Part shown: positions 24,782 through 37,941 of the stretch, piece after piece
Numbering within the stretch: position 1 is the first letter of the stretch
Layout: every line of letters begins with the position of its first letter
From: Leucoraja ocellata
Taxonomy: Eukaryota
Direction: 5' to 3'
DNA: 64,000 bases
NCBI GenBank assembly: GCA_036785375.1
Contig: JAWMAR010001139.1
Span: 186,001 to 250,000 of the forward strand
Notes under the pieces: model-generated
What the model was told of the DNA's origin: nothing
The model's database searches: none
Seen by the model: the letters and a program-made list of their open reading frames with translations, nothing else
Made by a program: the position numbers and the translations under genes

Positions 24782-26166
24782 ACCCATTCCTTCTCTCCAG
24801 TCCCGTTGAGTTACTCCAGCTTTTTGTGTCTATTTTTGTTTTTATCATGTAGATCCTGGTGAGATCACATTGGAGATACTATTTTAAGGTCAGCCTCCCC
24901 ACGCAAGGAAGGATATAGCAGTTGCGCAGTGAAGGTTTACTTAACTGATTCCTGGGGGTGGCTGGTTTTTCATATGAAGAGAGATTAAGCAGACTGGGTC
25001 TATATGCTCAAATTTCTAATAATAAAGGGTGTGCTCATGACTTTACAGGACAGATGCCATGAAGAGATGTGAAGAACAAGAGGTCACACTCAAAGTTAAA
25101 ACCGAAGGAAAAAAGTGCCTTCAGCCTGTGGGTAATGAATCATTGGATATCTCTACCCAAGAGTGCTGTGAAGGTTGAGCCACCGAGTACATTAGACACT
25201 AAAGGTAACAAGAGATATTGGGTTCATACAGGAAAAGGATGAAAGAATAAATGGCCTATTGTTACTTACTATTCCTATGGTCTGCTTTACTGGTTTTGCT
25301 TCAATAAAAAGCTAATATGGAATGAACAAGGTTCTTCCTGTGCTAGACCAAGTCTACAATTCCAATATCCACATTGAGGGCCAGCATTTTATCAAATTAA
25401 CTGCTTTGAAAACACTCAACAAAGACCAATGCTCGTAAAAACGTTGGTAACTGGGTCCTCTAAAACATTTATCTACCAACTCAAAACTGTCAAATCAGCC
25501 CTTTAATAATTTCCAGTTTCTGTGAGCTTGCAAATTGATTCCTACACTATAATGGCAATTACATATCAAAATCATATTGGCTGCGAAATGCTTTGGGCAT
25601 TCCAGATTGATGAATTGCAAGTCTTTTTGTCTTTGAGAGAAATGTGTTGCAGTTCCATCTTTCAGATAAGTTTTCATCGTGACTGCTCATTCAACTGGAC
25701 AAAACAATCTCTCAGCATGCTCGAAAAAACACTGCACGGGCCTGGATAATATTCATCATTCAACTAGCAATAGTAACTGATTACCCGTCATAATTTAGGT
25801 TTTTCATGGGACTATATGCAATTTTCTCTGCCTTGCTTCCACAAATGATCAAGCTCAAGTTATTTTTCTTGCTACGAATTACATGAGACATCCTGAGGTC
25901 ATGATCTGCGGCACAGACTTTTTATCAACTTTTCTTTTTAATAAAAGTAAACTCCTCAAAACCCAAAGAACCACGTGGAGCTTTTAGGTAGCTAACCCAA
26001 CAGCCCAGGAAGAGCACAAGTACAATGCTTGCCCTCTACAGAGTTTGCTCTATGATAACACATGGACAGTAATTAATCCTAGTACCCTGCACTGGGGAGG
26101 AGTACAATAGAGGTTCTCTGCCCCAATGACTGTTCACTGGTTGGTGCACAACCCTGGTGCAATCTA

Positions 26167-26445
<279 letters not shown>

Positions 26446-26799
26446 TTAAAACTCACATCAAATTAGTGCATGCAACATTAAACCTGCACTTAAAAAACAG
26501 AAACCATTACCAGAACTGGTTAATAATCTCATTTGTTGTAAATAGAAACTTGAACTTCATAAATTAAAGTTTATTTTCAAAACAATCAAAACACTTATTA
26601 TTTAAAAAAAAGTAATAAGCATGCTCTGAATTATAGTGGAACATCCTGAGAACATTGCTACAGTGTTCATATAAAAGAGCCATTTTAATTTGTACTTAAA
26701 TAGCGTAACAAAAATATAACCAGCTGTGATAAATGCAAAGAAATTGAAACAGCACAGTGAAGTTCCTGTGAATGGATCCTCGGAGTAGCAAAGTGTGGT

Positions 26800-27935
26800 C
26801 TACTAATCATGAAGTTATACAGCGACAGGTCGACCAAGATGCCCCATCCAAGCTAGGCCTATTTGACTGTTTGACCCATGTCCCTCAATTATTTTTCCTA
26901 TCCATGTACCCATCCAAATGTCTTTTAAATGGTGTCATTGTACCTGCCTCAACTATTTCCTGATAGCTTGTTCCATATACCCACCACCATCTCTGTGAAA
27001 AATATGCCCCTGTTCCACTTAAACTTTCCCTCTCATTTTAATATTATGCCCTCTAGTTCTTGATTCCCTTATCCTATGAAAAAGACTCACCCTATCTATT
27101 CACCTCATGATTTTATACATCTCTATAAGATCATCCCTCAGCCTCCTGCACTCCAAGGAATAAAGTCCTAGTCTACCCTTCTCTCCCAATAGCTCAGATC
27201 TTCAAGTCCTGGCAAATGCCTTGCAAATCTCTGCATTTTTTCCCAGCATAATAGCATCTTTTCTATAGCAAGGTAACCAAAACTGAATACAATACTCTAA
27301 ATGTGGACTCACCAGCGTCTTGTACAACGGATGCATAATGACCACACACAAATTGGAGAAACAGCACCTGATATTCCACTTGCATAGCTTACAACCTAAC
27401 AGTATGAATGGTAATTTTAAGTCCCTAACCTATAAACAACCCCTCTTTTACATTTCCCCTTCTTCCCTGTTCCTCTCCTGGATATGTCCATTTCTACCAC
27501 CCCCACCCTCAACCCTCGCCCCGTCCCCTTCCACCTGTATTCCTTCCTCTAGATCCATAATTCACTCCTCTTCTATCCTTATCTCAGACATCAACTTCCT
27601 TTACTCGATACCAATACATCATACTGCAGATATGCCTTCCCCAATGCCTTGAACAACCTATAACCCTGTTAATTTTGTCGACAATTTCCCCAACAGTAAA
27701 TGTTACCGTTTCTACTATAACTGCACCCCTTTTTCATATCTTCATTAGAACACACAAATCCATCCTCATCTCAGAGATTTGCAAACTCACACACTGAGAT
27801 AGTTTTCAATGTTTCCTGCCAAAATAGGCAATTTCACATTTTTCCAGTGTACTGCATTTGTTGGAACTTTGCTCACTGGCTTAACCTATCTATGTCCCTT
27901 TGTAGCTATCTTATGTCATCCTCCCAACTCCAATG
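26800..27935 (-). mobile_element. CR1-type LINE 3' fragment with nested Penelope-like fragment (about 27340-27610, +)
   Basis: Antisense CR1 3' region similar to 36.1-36.9 kb. The nested piece encodes KLEKQHLIFHLHSLQPNSMN, matching the C-terminus of the element at 24 kb. Confidence 0.7.
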
Positions 27936-28155
27936 AGAAAGATAGTTTTTTTGGTCTTTGAACCAGAGAAAATAAACAGCTTATTACAACAGTTTCTCGG
28001 GAAAAAGTGGCCCATCCACCCTCAAGGATTAAAGAAAAGCAAAATGTGAAATGCTCATTTTAATTCCTAATCGGACCCAAACTTAGGTACTGTCAACAAC
28101 AGTGGGGGCACAGGGGGTGTTAAAAATACTCTGTATTTTCCTCAGTACAACAGTG

Positions 28156-29195
28156 TAGCAATGTTACAAAATGTTGAGATTTAAAAAATCAAGTCTACAA
28201 TTTATCCCATCAGATAAAGCATAAAAATAAGTTTAATTTGACACCTAATTCACTTTCATATCTCAAGTAATAAAAAAGTTATGGCCATTTTCATACTAGG
28301 AAATTAGCATCTTGTTCCCTATTGATTTTCTGTGGACATAACAAAAAAGCTGTGATCATGGACAGTGAAAAGCCCATAACCTTCTTAAAAATTAAGAGAA
28401 CTGAATGAAATTTTCAGTTATCATAGATTGAACCATTCTGAAACAAATATAAAATAATCTTACTTGGATGACCTGAAATTAAAGCATATAATTAGTTAGT
28501 TATCCAATTGTAGCTAATTTCAAACTTCAATTACTAGATCTAAACATCTATCCATTTCTTAATAAATGATTAACATTTTTAAATAGCCTAAGTGTCCAAA
28601 TAATATTCACAAATAATTCACAATAAAACATGATTTTTAAATCTCATTTACATCAATTTATTGGCCAAATGGAAGGAATTTAGTGTTCAATTGCTGTAAA
28701 TTAAAGTCCATTTTAAATCGGCTTTCTAGTGGGATCCTGTGAACGCGCTGGTTTAGAACGTTCACATTGCGCTGGATTTGTGCCCTCAAATGCCCAGAAA
28801 AATACTGCGGGATATAAAGAGCCCAAAATGAGCTACTCGCTATAGAAAACTTTATTTACAGGGTTCTTAAGAAGCCCCTTTTAATGTAAAAATAAGGTAC
28901 ATACCTTTAATTGTTTGCTTTATAAAACCCTGGGGCTGCGAGAGGTCGCGGGTTTAGAGAGTGATTTTTAAACTACTATAACTATTTTACAAGGCTATAA
29001 AAACTAATAATACCTTTTGCGACGGGGTCTTTCAGCAATTTTCCGTTAATGATTTACTAGGCTGAACATTTTCGATTGCAACAGCCTAGTAAAAATCGCG
29101 TTTTAAACCCGCCCCCTCTAAACAGCGCCAAAATCACACACACGGGGTGGGGCAGATTCTCAACCATGATTCAGGTAGGTTTTGTAACATACCTA
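28156..29195. mobile_element. Non-autonomous DNA transposon, 1040 bp, 7-bp TSD
   Basis: Left end TAGCAATGTTACAAAA; right end reverse complement TAGGTATGTTACAAAA (14/16). AACAGTG is duplicated at 28149-28155 and 29196-29202. Confidence 0.85.
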
Positions 29196-29794
29196 AACAG
29201 TGCATTTCCTCCATAGATGTTACCTGACCCGCTGAGATCCTCCGGCACTTAGTAGTTCTGGATGGAACCAGCCAACTGCCCATTGATTATCCTACCCTGG
29301 GTACATGGGTGGGGGAAGGTGAGGAACGATCTTTCTGCCCTCAATTCTTGGACGCTTTGGCGAACTCCAATTACCCCGGGTGGCATAATCCCAAACCCCT
29401 TCTGCAAATACGCTAATAGGCTTGGAAGCATAATAATGCTGGAGGAAAAGCTTTTGTCTTGACACTTAAATCTATAAGAATCAAAGTATATAATGTAGAG
29501 AGCAACAGCATAAAATAGGAAAGCAGCACACAAAGTATTGTTTCATTTAGAAACAAAAGGGAAGACAACAGATCATTCTGCAGGGAGTAGGGGAAATTTG
29601 GAAAAAGAATAGTGAATTACTTTGTTATCAATTCCTCTGCTTTTGCCTAGTAAAGCTTACCAGGAACTTCTACGTTCTGGTCACAGATGAGTCATATTAT
29701 AGGAATTATAAATTGATAGGAATGATAAGATGATAGGAAGCAGGAAATCGGGTAATTGAACATGATATTGACATGCATTAGGCTGCAAACATAC

Positions 29795-29857
29795 CTGAAC
29801 ATCAGCTGCATCCCCAACTCCAGCTCCAAGGCGGGATGAAGCATTTCTTTTTAGCAG
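29795..29857 (-). CDS. RPS6KB1: RPS6KB1 exon 11
   Basis: 63 nt, LLKRNASSRLGAGVGDAADVQ; tctttag| ... |gtatgt. Confidence 0.96.
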
Positions 29858-29957
29858 CTAAAGAAAAAGAACAAATTTCAAATGTAATGTGACCTGAGAA
29901 AATTACATTGGGAATTCAAAATGGGTCAAATTGTTTAAGGATCCTGTTTCTATTACG

Positions 29958-30250
29958 AGTTACAACATGGAAACTGGCTCTTTAGCCCACCAAATCCACA
30001 CAGACCATCGATCACTTGTTCATACACTAGTTCTACACAGTCCATACATACTAGGGGCAATTTGCAGAAGCCAATTAACCAACACACCCCCATGTCTTTG
30101 GGATGTGGGTGGAAACCAGAGCACCCACAGGAACCCCATGCAGTCACAGGGAGAAGGTTAAACTCTACACTGACAGCACCCGAGGTCAGGATCGTACCCA
30201 GGTCTCTGGCGCTGTGTCACAGCAGCTCTACCAGCTGTGCCACAGTGCTA
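29958..30250 (-). mobile_element. tRNA-derived SINE (HE1/V-SINE-like)
   Basis: Reverse complement: GTGGCACAGCTGGTAGAGCTGCTG...CTGGGTACGATCCTGAC, then the central 'ccacatcccaaagac' domain. Confidence 0.85.
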
Positions 30251-30433
30251 TTCAAGTTCTCAATTTAGATTTTGACAAGTTGTCTAGATTTATGACCCCA
30301 CACCATGTGGTGTTTAATACATTATGAAAACATCTCATTCGAGTGAAGTAATCAATTACAGATGCTGCAAATCTGAAACAAACACAAAATTGCCACAAAA
30401 CACAACATTCTAGGTTCTGCTGTGAAATGAAAG

Positions 30434-30518
30434 AGTCAGCATTTCAGGACCTGAAACATTGACATTTTCTCTTTATACACATTAAAATGGCAGTGTTTCA
30501 GGTCCTGAAATGCTGACT
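30434..30518. repeat. Inverted repeat, 35-bp arms (33/35), 15-bp spacer
   Basis: agtcagcatttcaggacctgaaacattgacatttt ... aaaatggcagtgtttcaggtcctgaaatgctgact. Confidence 0.85.
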
Positions 30519-31075
30519 ACGATTGCTGGCATTTTCTGTTTTTGTCTCATTTACTATTGGGGTCAATTAGCCATACACAATGTCTAATAAAAACCTTCCT
30601 GAGCTGAAAGAGCAACAGGTTCAAAACAATGGAACAACAAGAGGAAAGTTCCTTGTGTACAGTGATTCAGCAGCGACAGTCTATCAATGAAACAGAGAAG
30701 AAACTCAACATTAGGAGGCCCTATGGCCTCTCAAGCAAGCTACACCATCTAAGATCATGGTTGATCTGATTTAGGCATAACCTTACCCATCATGTTTATC
30801 AAGTATATCAACCTTGTCAGATGGGATGAAGAGAAGAAAAAAATAAGCAATGAAATTTAAAAGCCCACTGCCAAGTTGAGAAAGTGAAACTACAAATATC
30901 TAGTCCCCCTGAAATCCACATGGTAGAACAAATTCATGGACGTTATTGCAAATGAAAAAGGGTGGAAACAAGAGCCTAGACATTGAAGTGCATTCATATT
31001 TGAGCATTTTAAACCATCCACGCTACAACTTGATGCCCAAGAAGTTGAGCATTTTGAGCCTAGGATTCCTCAATG

Positions 31076-31810
31076 TCATAATCATACTTTATTAGCCAAG
31101 TATGTTTTGCAACATAAGAGGAATTTGATTTACCAGACAGACATACCAATAAAAAGCAACAAGACACACAAAATACATTTTAACATAAACATCCACCATA
31201 GTGACTCCTCCACATTGCTCATGGAGGAGGGCGATGGAAGGCGGAAAAAAAAGTTCACTCTCTTCCCTTCTTTGTCCTCATGCGGTCGGGGGCCCCGAGC
31301 CTTCCGTTGACAGGAGGATCTTGGCTCCCATAGCCGGCGGTCGAGCCCTCCGCATCGGGGCGATCAAGCTCCCGCATCGGAGGGATCTCAGCTCCCCGCG
31401 CCGGACGATCGGACCCTGGGACGGGGCTAGTCGAACCTCCTGCGACTTTAGAGCTTCCTGACATCCGTCTCTACCCGAGACTGCGAGCTCCTCGATGCGG
31501 GCCACGGTTGGAACGTCGATCCCAGGCAAGAGATCGCAGGCACCGATGGTAAGTCCACGGCCCCGAGGTGTGGCTCAAAGTCAGTCTCGAGCAAGGCTGC
31601 CAGCTCTATGATGTTGGACCGCAGTGACCGGAAACACAATCCAGAAAACAACCGCATCTCGGGCAAGGTAAGTGATTGAAAAAAAGTTCCCCCCGGCCCC
31701 CCACATAAAACAAACCAGAGAACATTAACGCATACTTTTAAAACACACTAAAAAGAACAAAAGACGAAAAGACAGACAGACAGACCGTTGGCGAGGCTGC
31801 CATCGCCACC
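31076..31810 (-). mobile_element. CpG-rich non-autonomous retroelement with LINE-type 3' tail
   Basis: Minus strand ends ...ggctaataaagtatgattatga (AATAAA plus short repeat), a tail design like the Rex1 copy at 50.2 kb. GC/CpG-rich body with no meaningful ORF. Confidence 0.6.
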
Positions 31811-32387
31811 CAGTGGAATGGTACTGCGGGTGTTGATTTGTTGATGTGGATGCTACTGCAGGTGTCTATACAGGCACCAAGTTGCAAGTGACTGGTTTAG
31901 ATCACTGTGGGAGAGGGTGGCTCAAGGCTCAGATGGCCGATGGATGCAAGCTTCGGCAGTGTTGTTGGATATTAGCTGGGCAGTACTGGAGGAGCTGCTC
32001 TGGATACTGGTCAGGACCAGGAATGGCAGCGAATACAAGTACCTTCCCTCAGAGAATTGCAAATCTTCCCCATAGAATGTATTCAAGATGGAGATTGGCA
32101 AATATTTTAATTATAAGCCAATCAATGGGTATGGGGAGGATAGGGTCAGGGAATTGCAATTCATGATCTTACTGATTCAATCACGAATGAAGCAAGATGG
32201 AGATCTGGTGACAAGTAATCTCCATGGGAATTTGAAGCATTTAACTCGACTCTTATAAACAATTTTTGAATCAAATGCCCCTCGGATCCCTTGTAGTTGA
32301 CATCTCTGTCTGTCTCATTGTAAATATTTTCAATGATTCTGCCTCAATAGCTCACTGCAGTAGAAAATTCCAAAGATTCATGAGCTT

Positions 32388-32725
32388 ATAATAATAATAA
32401 TAATAATCTTTATTTATATAGCACTTTTCAACAAAACCAGTATTTGAACCAAAGTGCTTTACAGAGTTTGATTAAATTAATAGAACAGACCAAATGTCAA
32501 TATATACAAAAACAAAAAAGAGAAAAAGAAAAAAAGACACAGAACAGTACACTATAGAAATCAACATGAAACGTCCCCCCACAGCAGAATTCACTGTGAG
32601 GGAAGGCACTAAAAATATCCAGCTCTCCCCCTCATAGTCCACCCGAGGTCGGGGTCTATATGTGGCCTCCTCAGCCAACTCGATTTTCTCAGGCCCTCTG
32701 CCGCGAAGCTGGATCATCGGGTGAT
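32388..32725 (-). mobile_element. L2-clade LINE/SINE 3' end with (ATT)n tail
   Basis: Minus strand ends ctgtaaagcactttgg...tgaaaagtgctatataaataaag(att)n, the typical L2-clade 3' stem and tail. Confidence 0.7.
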
Positions 32726-33004
32726 CATCCAGCTTGAGAGAAGATATTCGTCATCGTTGCCATTCCTGGGCTTGATTACAATTTCCAGAGCTGCTCTGCC
32801 TAGTGCTGCCAATTCAGGGAATACTGGTGGTTTCCGACACTACAATTTAAATAAATAAGCTTGAATAAACCATATACATCTCTCACAGAAGAAGTGCTGA
32901 TTTCATTCACTATTCCACCTGGACCACCATCAAAGCAAAAATGTCATGGATTTTCCTCAATAGCTATTTCTGCTACCAATTCATCACATCTACAGGTGAC
33001 CCTA

Positions 33005-33160
<156 letters not shown>

Positions 33161-34065
33161 CTAAGCAAAGTTTATGAAGCTTAAATCAACAAACCAGAAT
33201 TTGATAACAATGGTTATAGAGTCTTAACTATCACACAATGTCCCAACAATTAATAATCAAAAGCATTTTTGGCAGAGCTTAGAATATGAAGCCACAAATT
33301 ATTTGGGAGGGAATAAATTAAAACACTTATTGGTTTCCTTTTCTCAAATTACCACATCCCATGCCCCTTTCATTTAAGTGCCAAACTGGAAATGGGTCAA
33401 TTTTACCATCTTAGAAGACCACAGAAGCACTATAAATCAGTAAATTAAAAATTCTTATCTACAAATTTCTTATAGGAAATATTCATGAAAAAGACAAAAC
33501 AGACAGATCAAAAGGGATATTTATTGTTGCGCCACTCTCCATTTGTCTGTTGCACTTGGCTATAAACAGTATTACTTAACTGAGATAGGAGAGGCTTCAT
33601 AGCACACTGCAATCCCACTCTTATTTGATGGAAGCCAATGGGGTTGTCGGAGAGAGGGACTGTGAGACACATTTATTTCTCAGCCCAAAAAGGGTGGGAG
33701 TCAATACTACACCACTTCCTGCTGATCAAAAAGTGTCTAACAACAGAGTTAGATTGGCACAAGACCTTCGGAAGGAAGAACAGGGTGGGAATGGGAGGGT
33801 CTGATCGGAAACAGTCTGGGAGATTATGGCCTGGTGGTCATTGTGCGGTTATGGGCAAGAGGTAGGTGTTAGGAGATGTCCAAGAGCTGGCGTGATAGGA
33901 AAGAGATTGGGAGTTGATGACCTGTGAGGTCATGGGGTGGTGAGGGATGCAAAGGATCTTTTGAAGAACCAGGTGGATAAAAATGAATTTCTTATCTTGG
34001 TCAATGGTTTATTCTCGCTTCTGTTAATTAATAACTTTTTATTCTGTCAGTGACAATATTGAATT

Positions 34066-34475
34066 ACATAGAAACATGGATACAAAGAAAATAGGTGCAG
34101 GAGTAGGCCATTCAGCCCTTCAAGGCCCATTCAATATGATCATGGCGGATCATCCTAAATCAGTACCTCGTTCCTGCTTTCTCCCCACATCCATTGATTC
34201 CATTAGCTCTACGAGCTAAAATAGAATCAAAATACTGGAGTAACTCAGCGGGACAGCCAGCATCTCGAGAGAAGCAATGGTTGACGTTTTGGGCCGAGGC
34301 CCTTCTTCAGACTATACCTAACTATCTCTTGAAAACATCCAGTGAATTGGCCTCCAGTGCCTTCTGTGGCAGAGAATTCTACAGATTTACAACTTTCTGG
34401 GTGAAAACGTTTTTCCGCATCTCAGTTCTAAATTATCTACCCCTTATTCTTAAACTGTGACCCCTGGTTCTGGAT
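34066..34475 (-). mobile_element. CR1/HER1-like LINE 3' end with nested Penelope terminal repeat (about 34220-34313)
   Basis: Near copy of 36103-36400, interrupted by 'ctggagtaactcagcggg...gacgttttgggccgaggcccttcttcag'. Confidence 0.8.
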
Positions 34476-35555
34476 CTGGATGTAATACGCTGAAAAGCTC
34501 TAGATAGAGCATCACTTAGCACTATGATGGTTCTGGACACCCCTTAAGAATTAATTCGCTTTTCTCACCAATTCACTGAAGTGATCATCTCAATTGAGAC
34601 CATTAAATTTTAAGATCTTTTAGTTCTTTTTTTTCCATGAGAATGTACACCATTTGAGATTTATGGCTAACTCATTTTTCATATCATTCAAATGAATCTT
34701 CATGAGACCTTGACATGACAACATTCTTCCTGTAACAAGGCAGCAGTGTCAGCTAAATAACTGACATGCAATATATAGGACAACTTAAAGATGATAAATC
34801 TGATTACACTATGCCTGTTTTATATCCTAAAGTGTGAGAATCAACCTATTTGGCTTGACAGGATTTTTGCATGTTTTGCCTTGATAGGGAGCTTTGGTTT
34901 AAACCTATGCAATCTTTCAACAGTAAGTGAAATAATAAAACCAAGGCTACTTCAAGATTATTATTTTTTAAACATTACATGTAGACAAAATATATCCACA
35001 CTTCCGCAATCCAAAAGGATTTGCACTTATCATGAATACTCTGTTGGAAGCATACTAAAAAACCTCTAAATTATTTAGTTTCAAAGAGGGCCATCTTAAT
35101 TCAGGACATTTGAACATTATGCATCAAAGCAAAAGAGTATGAGAAATCAGAATGCAGGCTTGGAGGAATAAAAAGCACCGACATATATCAGCACTCCTAA
35201 AGGTAGATGTACATTCATTTTAAAAGGATGATGGCAATGGGCTATTGATCATCAATTTTGTGAAATAGAATGAGTTAAGCATTGAATAACCCTGCCAACT
35301 AACACTTCGCTTATAACACTCATACCAACACCAACCATTGCTCAGATATTGCTGTGAAGCTCACAAAATGCAGGCTTGTGTTGCCCGTTACCTTTTCCTG
35401 GTAGAATTATATACAGTGATAAGTTAGTGAACAGTTACCAGTTCTGTGGTCTCATTATTAGAATACTAACTAAACACAAGACAATATCTTGTATTATCAT
35501 TAGGCTGACAAATCTCTATGGTTTAGCTCACTACTCTATGGTTTGGCTCACTACT

Positions 35556-35645
35556 CTGAAGAAGGGTCTCGACCCGAAACGTCGCCTATTCCTTCCCTCC
35601 ATAGATGCTGCCTCACCCGCTGAGTTCCTCTAGCATTTTTGTCTA
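35556..35645 (+). mobile_element. Penelope-like terminal repeat starting with an intact minimal hammerhead motif (35556-35583)
   Basis: CTGAAGAAGGGTCTCGACCCGAAACGTC followed by gcctattccttccctccatagatgctgcctcacccgctgag; a 20-bp tandem duplication sits immediately upstream. Confidence 0.8.
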
Positions 35646-35806
35646 ACTCCAATCATTGCAATCACTTTCCCCATTGCACTTTTAAGTACTGTAGTGACAC
35701 TATTTCACTGACGCATTTTATCCAATTAAGGTTTGTGGCCAATTATTCCTGCGTCGGGACAGTAACATAATTTCTCATCACATCAGGTGGTCAACGGCAG
35801 GATTCA

Positions 35807-36046
<240 letters not shown>

Positions 36047-36102
36047 TTAAACTGAAAAGAGGGGAAATAAGAGAAGCTAGCTCTCTCATACATTTTCCAG
36101 TA

Positions 36103-37277
36103 GAAACATGTAGAAACATAGAAATTAGGTGCAGGAGTAGGCCATTCGAGCCTGCACCGCCATTCAATATGATCATGGCTGATAATCCAACTCAGTATCC
36201 TGTACCTGCCTTCTCTCCATACCCACTGATCCCTTTTGCCACATCTAACTCCCTCTTAAATATAGCCAATGAACTGGCCTCAACTACCTTCTGTGGCAGA
36301 GAATTCCAAAGATTCACCACTCACTGTGTGAAAAATGTTTTTCTCATCTCGGTCCTAAAAGATTTCCCCCTTATCCTTAAACTGTGACCCCTTGTTCTGG
36401 ACTTCCCCAACATCGGGAACAATCTTCCTGCATCTAGCCCGTCCAACCCCTTAAGAATTTTGTATGTTTCTATACGATCCCCCCTCAATCTTCTAAATTC
36501 TAGCGAGTACAAGTCGAGTCTATCCAGTCTTTCTTCATATGAAAGTCCTGACATCCCAGGAATCAGTCTGGTGAACCTTCTCTGTACTCCCTCTATGGCA
36601 AGAATGTCTTTTCTCAGATTAGGAGACCAAAACTGTACTCCAGGTGTGGTCTCACCAAGACCCTGTACAACTGCAGTAGAACCCTGCTCCTATACTCAAA
36701 TTATTTTGCTATGAATGCTAACATACCATTCGCTTTCTTCACTGCCTGCTGCACCTGCATGCCTACTTTCAATAACTGGTGTACCATGACACCCAGGTCT
36801 CGTTGCATCTCCCCTTTTCCTAATCGGCCACCATTCATATAATAGTCTACTTTCCTGTTTTTGCCACCAAAGTGGATAACCTCACATTTATCCACATTAT
36901 ACTGCATCTGCCAATGCATTAGCCCACTCACCCAGCCTATCCAAGTCACCTTGCAGCCTCCTAGCATCCTCCTCACAGCTAACGCTGCCCCCCAGCTTCA
37001 TGTCATCCGCAAACTTGGAGATGTTGCATTCAATTCCCTCGTCCAAATCATTAATATATATTGTAAATAGCTGGGATCCCAGCACTGAGCCTTGCGGTAC
37101 CCCACTAGTCACTGCCTGCCATTGTGAAAAGGACCCGTTTACTCCTACTCTTTGCTTCCTGTCTGCCAGCCAGTTCTCTATCCACATCAATACAGAACCC
37201 CCAATACCATGTGCTTTACTAATCTCTTATGTGGGACCTTGTCAAAAGCCTTCTGGTTCTCCCTTATCCACTCTACT
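36103..37277 (-). mobile_element. CR1/HER1-like LINE, 5'-truncated and frameshifted
   Basis: RT motifs [13 protein letters not shown]...[19 protein letters not shown]...ISKFADD; C-terminal GLSYEERLDRLDLYSLEFRRLRGD; (ATGTTTCT)n-like tail. Confidence 0.92.
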
Positions 37278-37749
37278 AGTGGTAAAAAGCATTCTGATGA
37301 AGAAATCTATGTGTACCACTACATCAAGACAGTTTTCCGTTTTATATATATGTATATGGTTTTCTTTGTGCATATGGTTAATGAGAGAGTGATGATCAAG
37401 CTAATAGGCCAAGAGTGTTTTTTGCTCGTCAAGAGGGTGACTGAGCCTCGATTTAGGGACTTTTATCAAAGGACTTCATCAGGATGGAGGTTTGACCATG
37501 AGTGAATTATATACCTAAGGAGTCAAAGGGGGAAGAGACATCAAGACATTTACTCAGTCACTCTAGCCAAGAAACAAACCAAATACGTGGGGACATTCGA
37601 ATGAAATAATCTCAAAGTCTTCCATTTTATTTAGTTTCTCTATAATCCAAAAAAAGACATTTATCAGATGTAAAGGATTCAAATCCATAAATCAGATCTC
37701 AACTATATAGTCACTATATTTCCAAGCAAATTTGATTTTACGAGACTTA

Positions 37750-37941
<192 letters not shown>

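Larger units (their letters stand above)
23945..24835 (+). mobile_element. Penelope-like retroelement 3' fragment with GIY-YIG endonuclease remnant and inverted terminal repeat
   Basis: Translation from about 24119: QGPRQYFQVRQRFTCTSSNLIYCIRCPR*ELLNIGETIRRLDDFFTEHL...HLIFRLGSLQPCGMNIDFSNFK* (LIY..C..C...[Y]IGET..L..RF.EH signature). Terminal repeat is present in both orientations at 24646-24835. Confidence 0.88.
23330..25280 (+). mobile_element. Decayed CR1-type LINE split by a Penelope-like insertion
   Basis: RT remnants (HKFAAD.KVGGNVNC.E....LQG...WQVEYN) at 23330-23910; endpoint region resumes at about 24840-25280. Confidence 0.7.
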
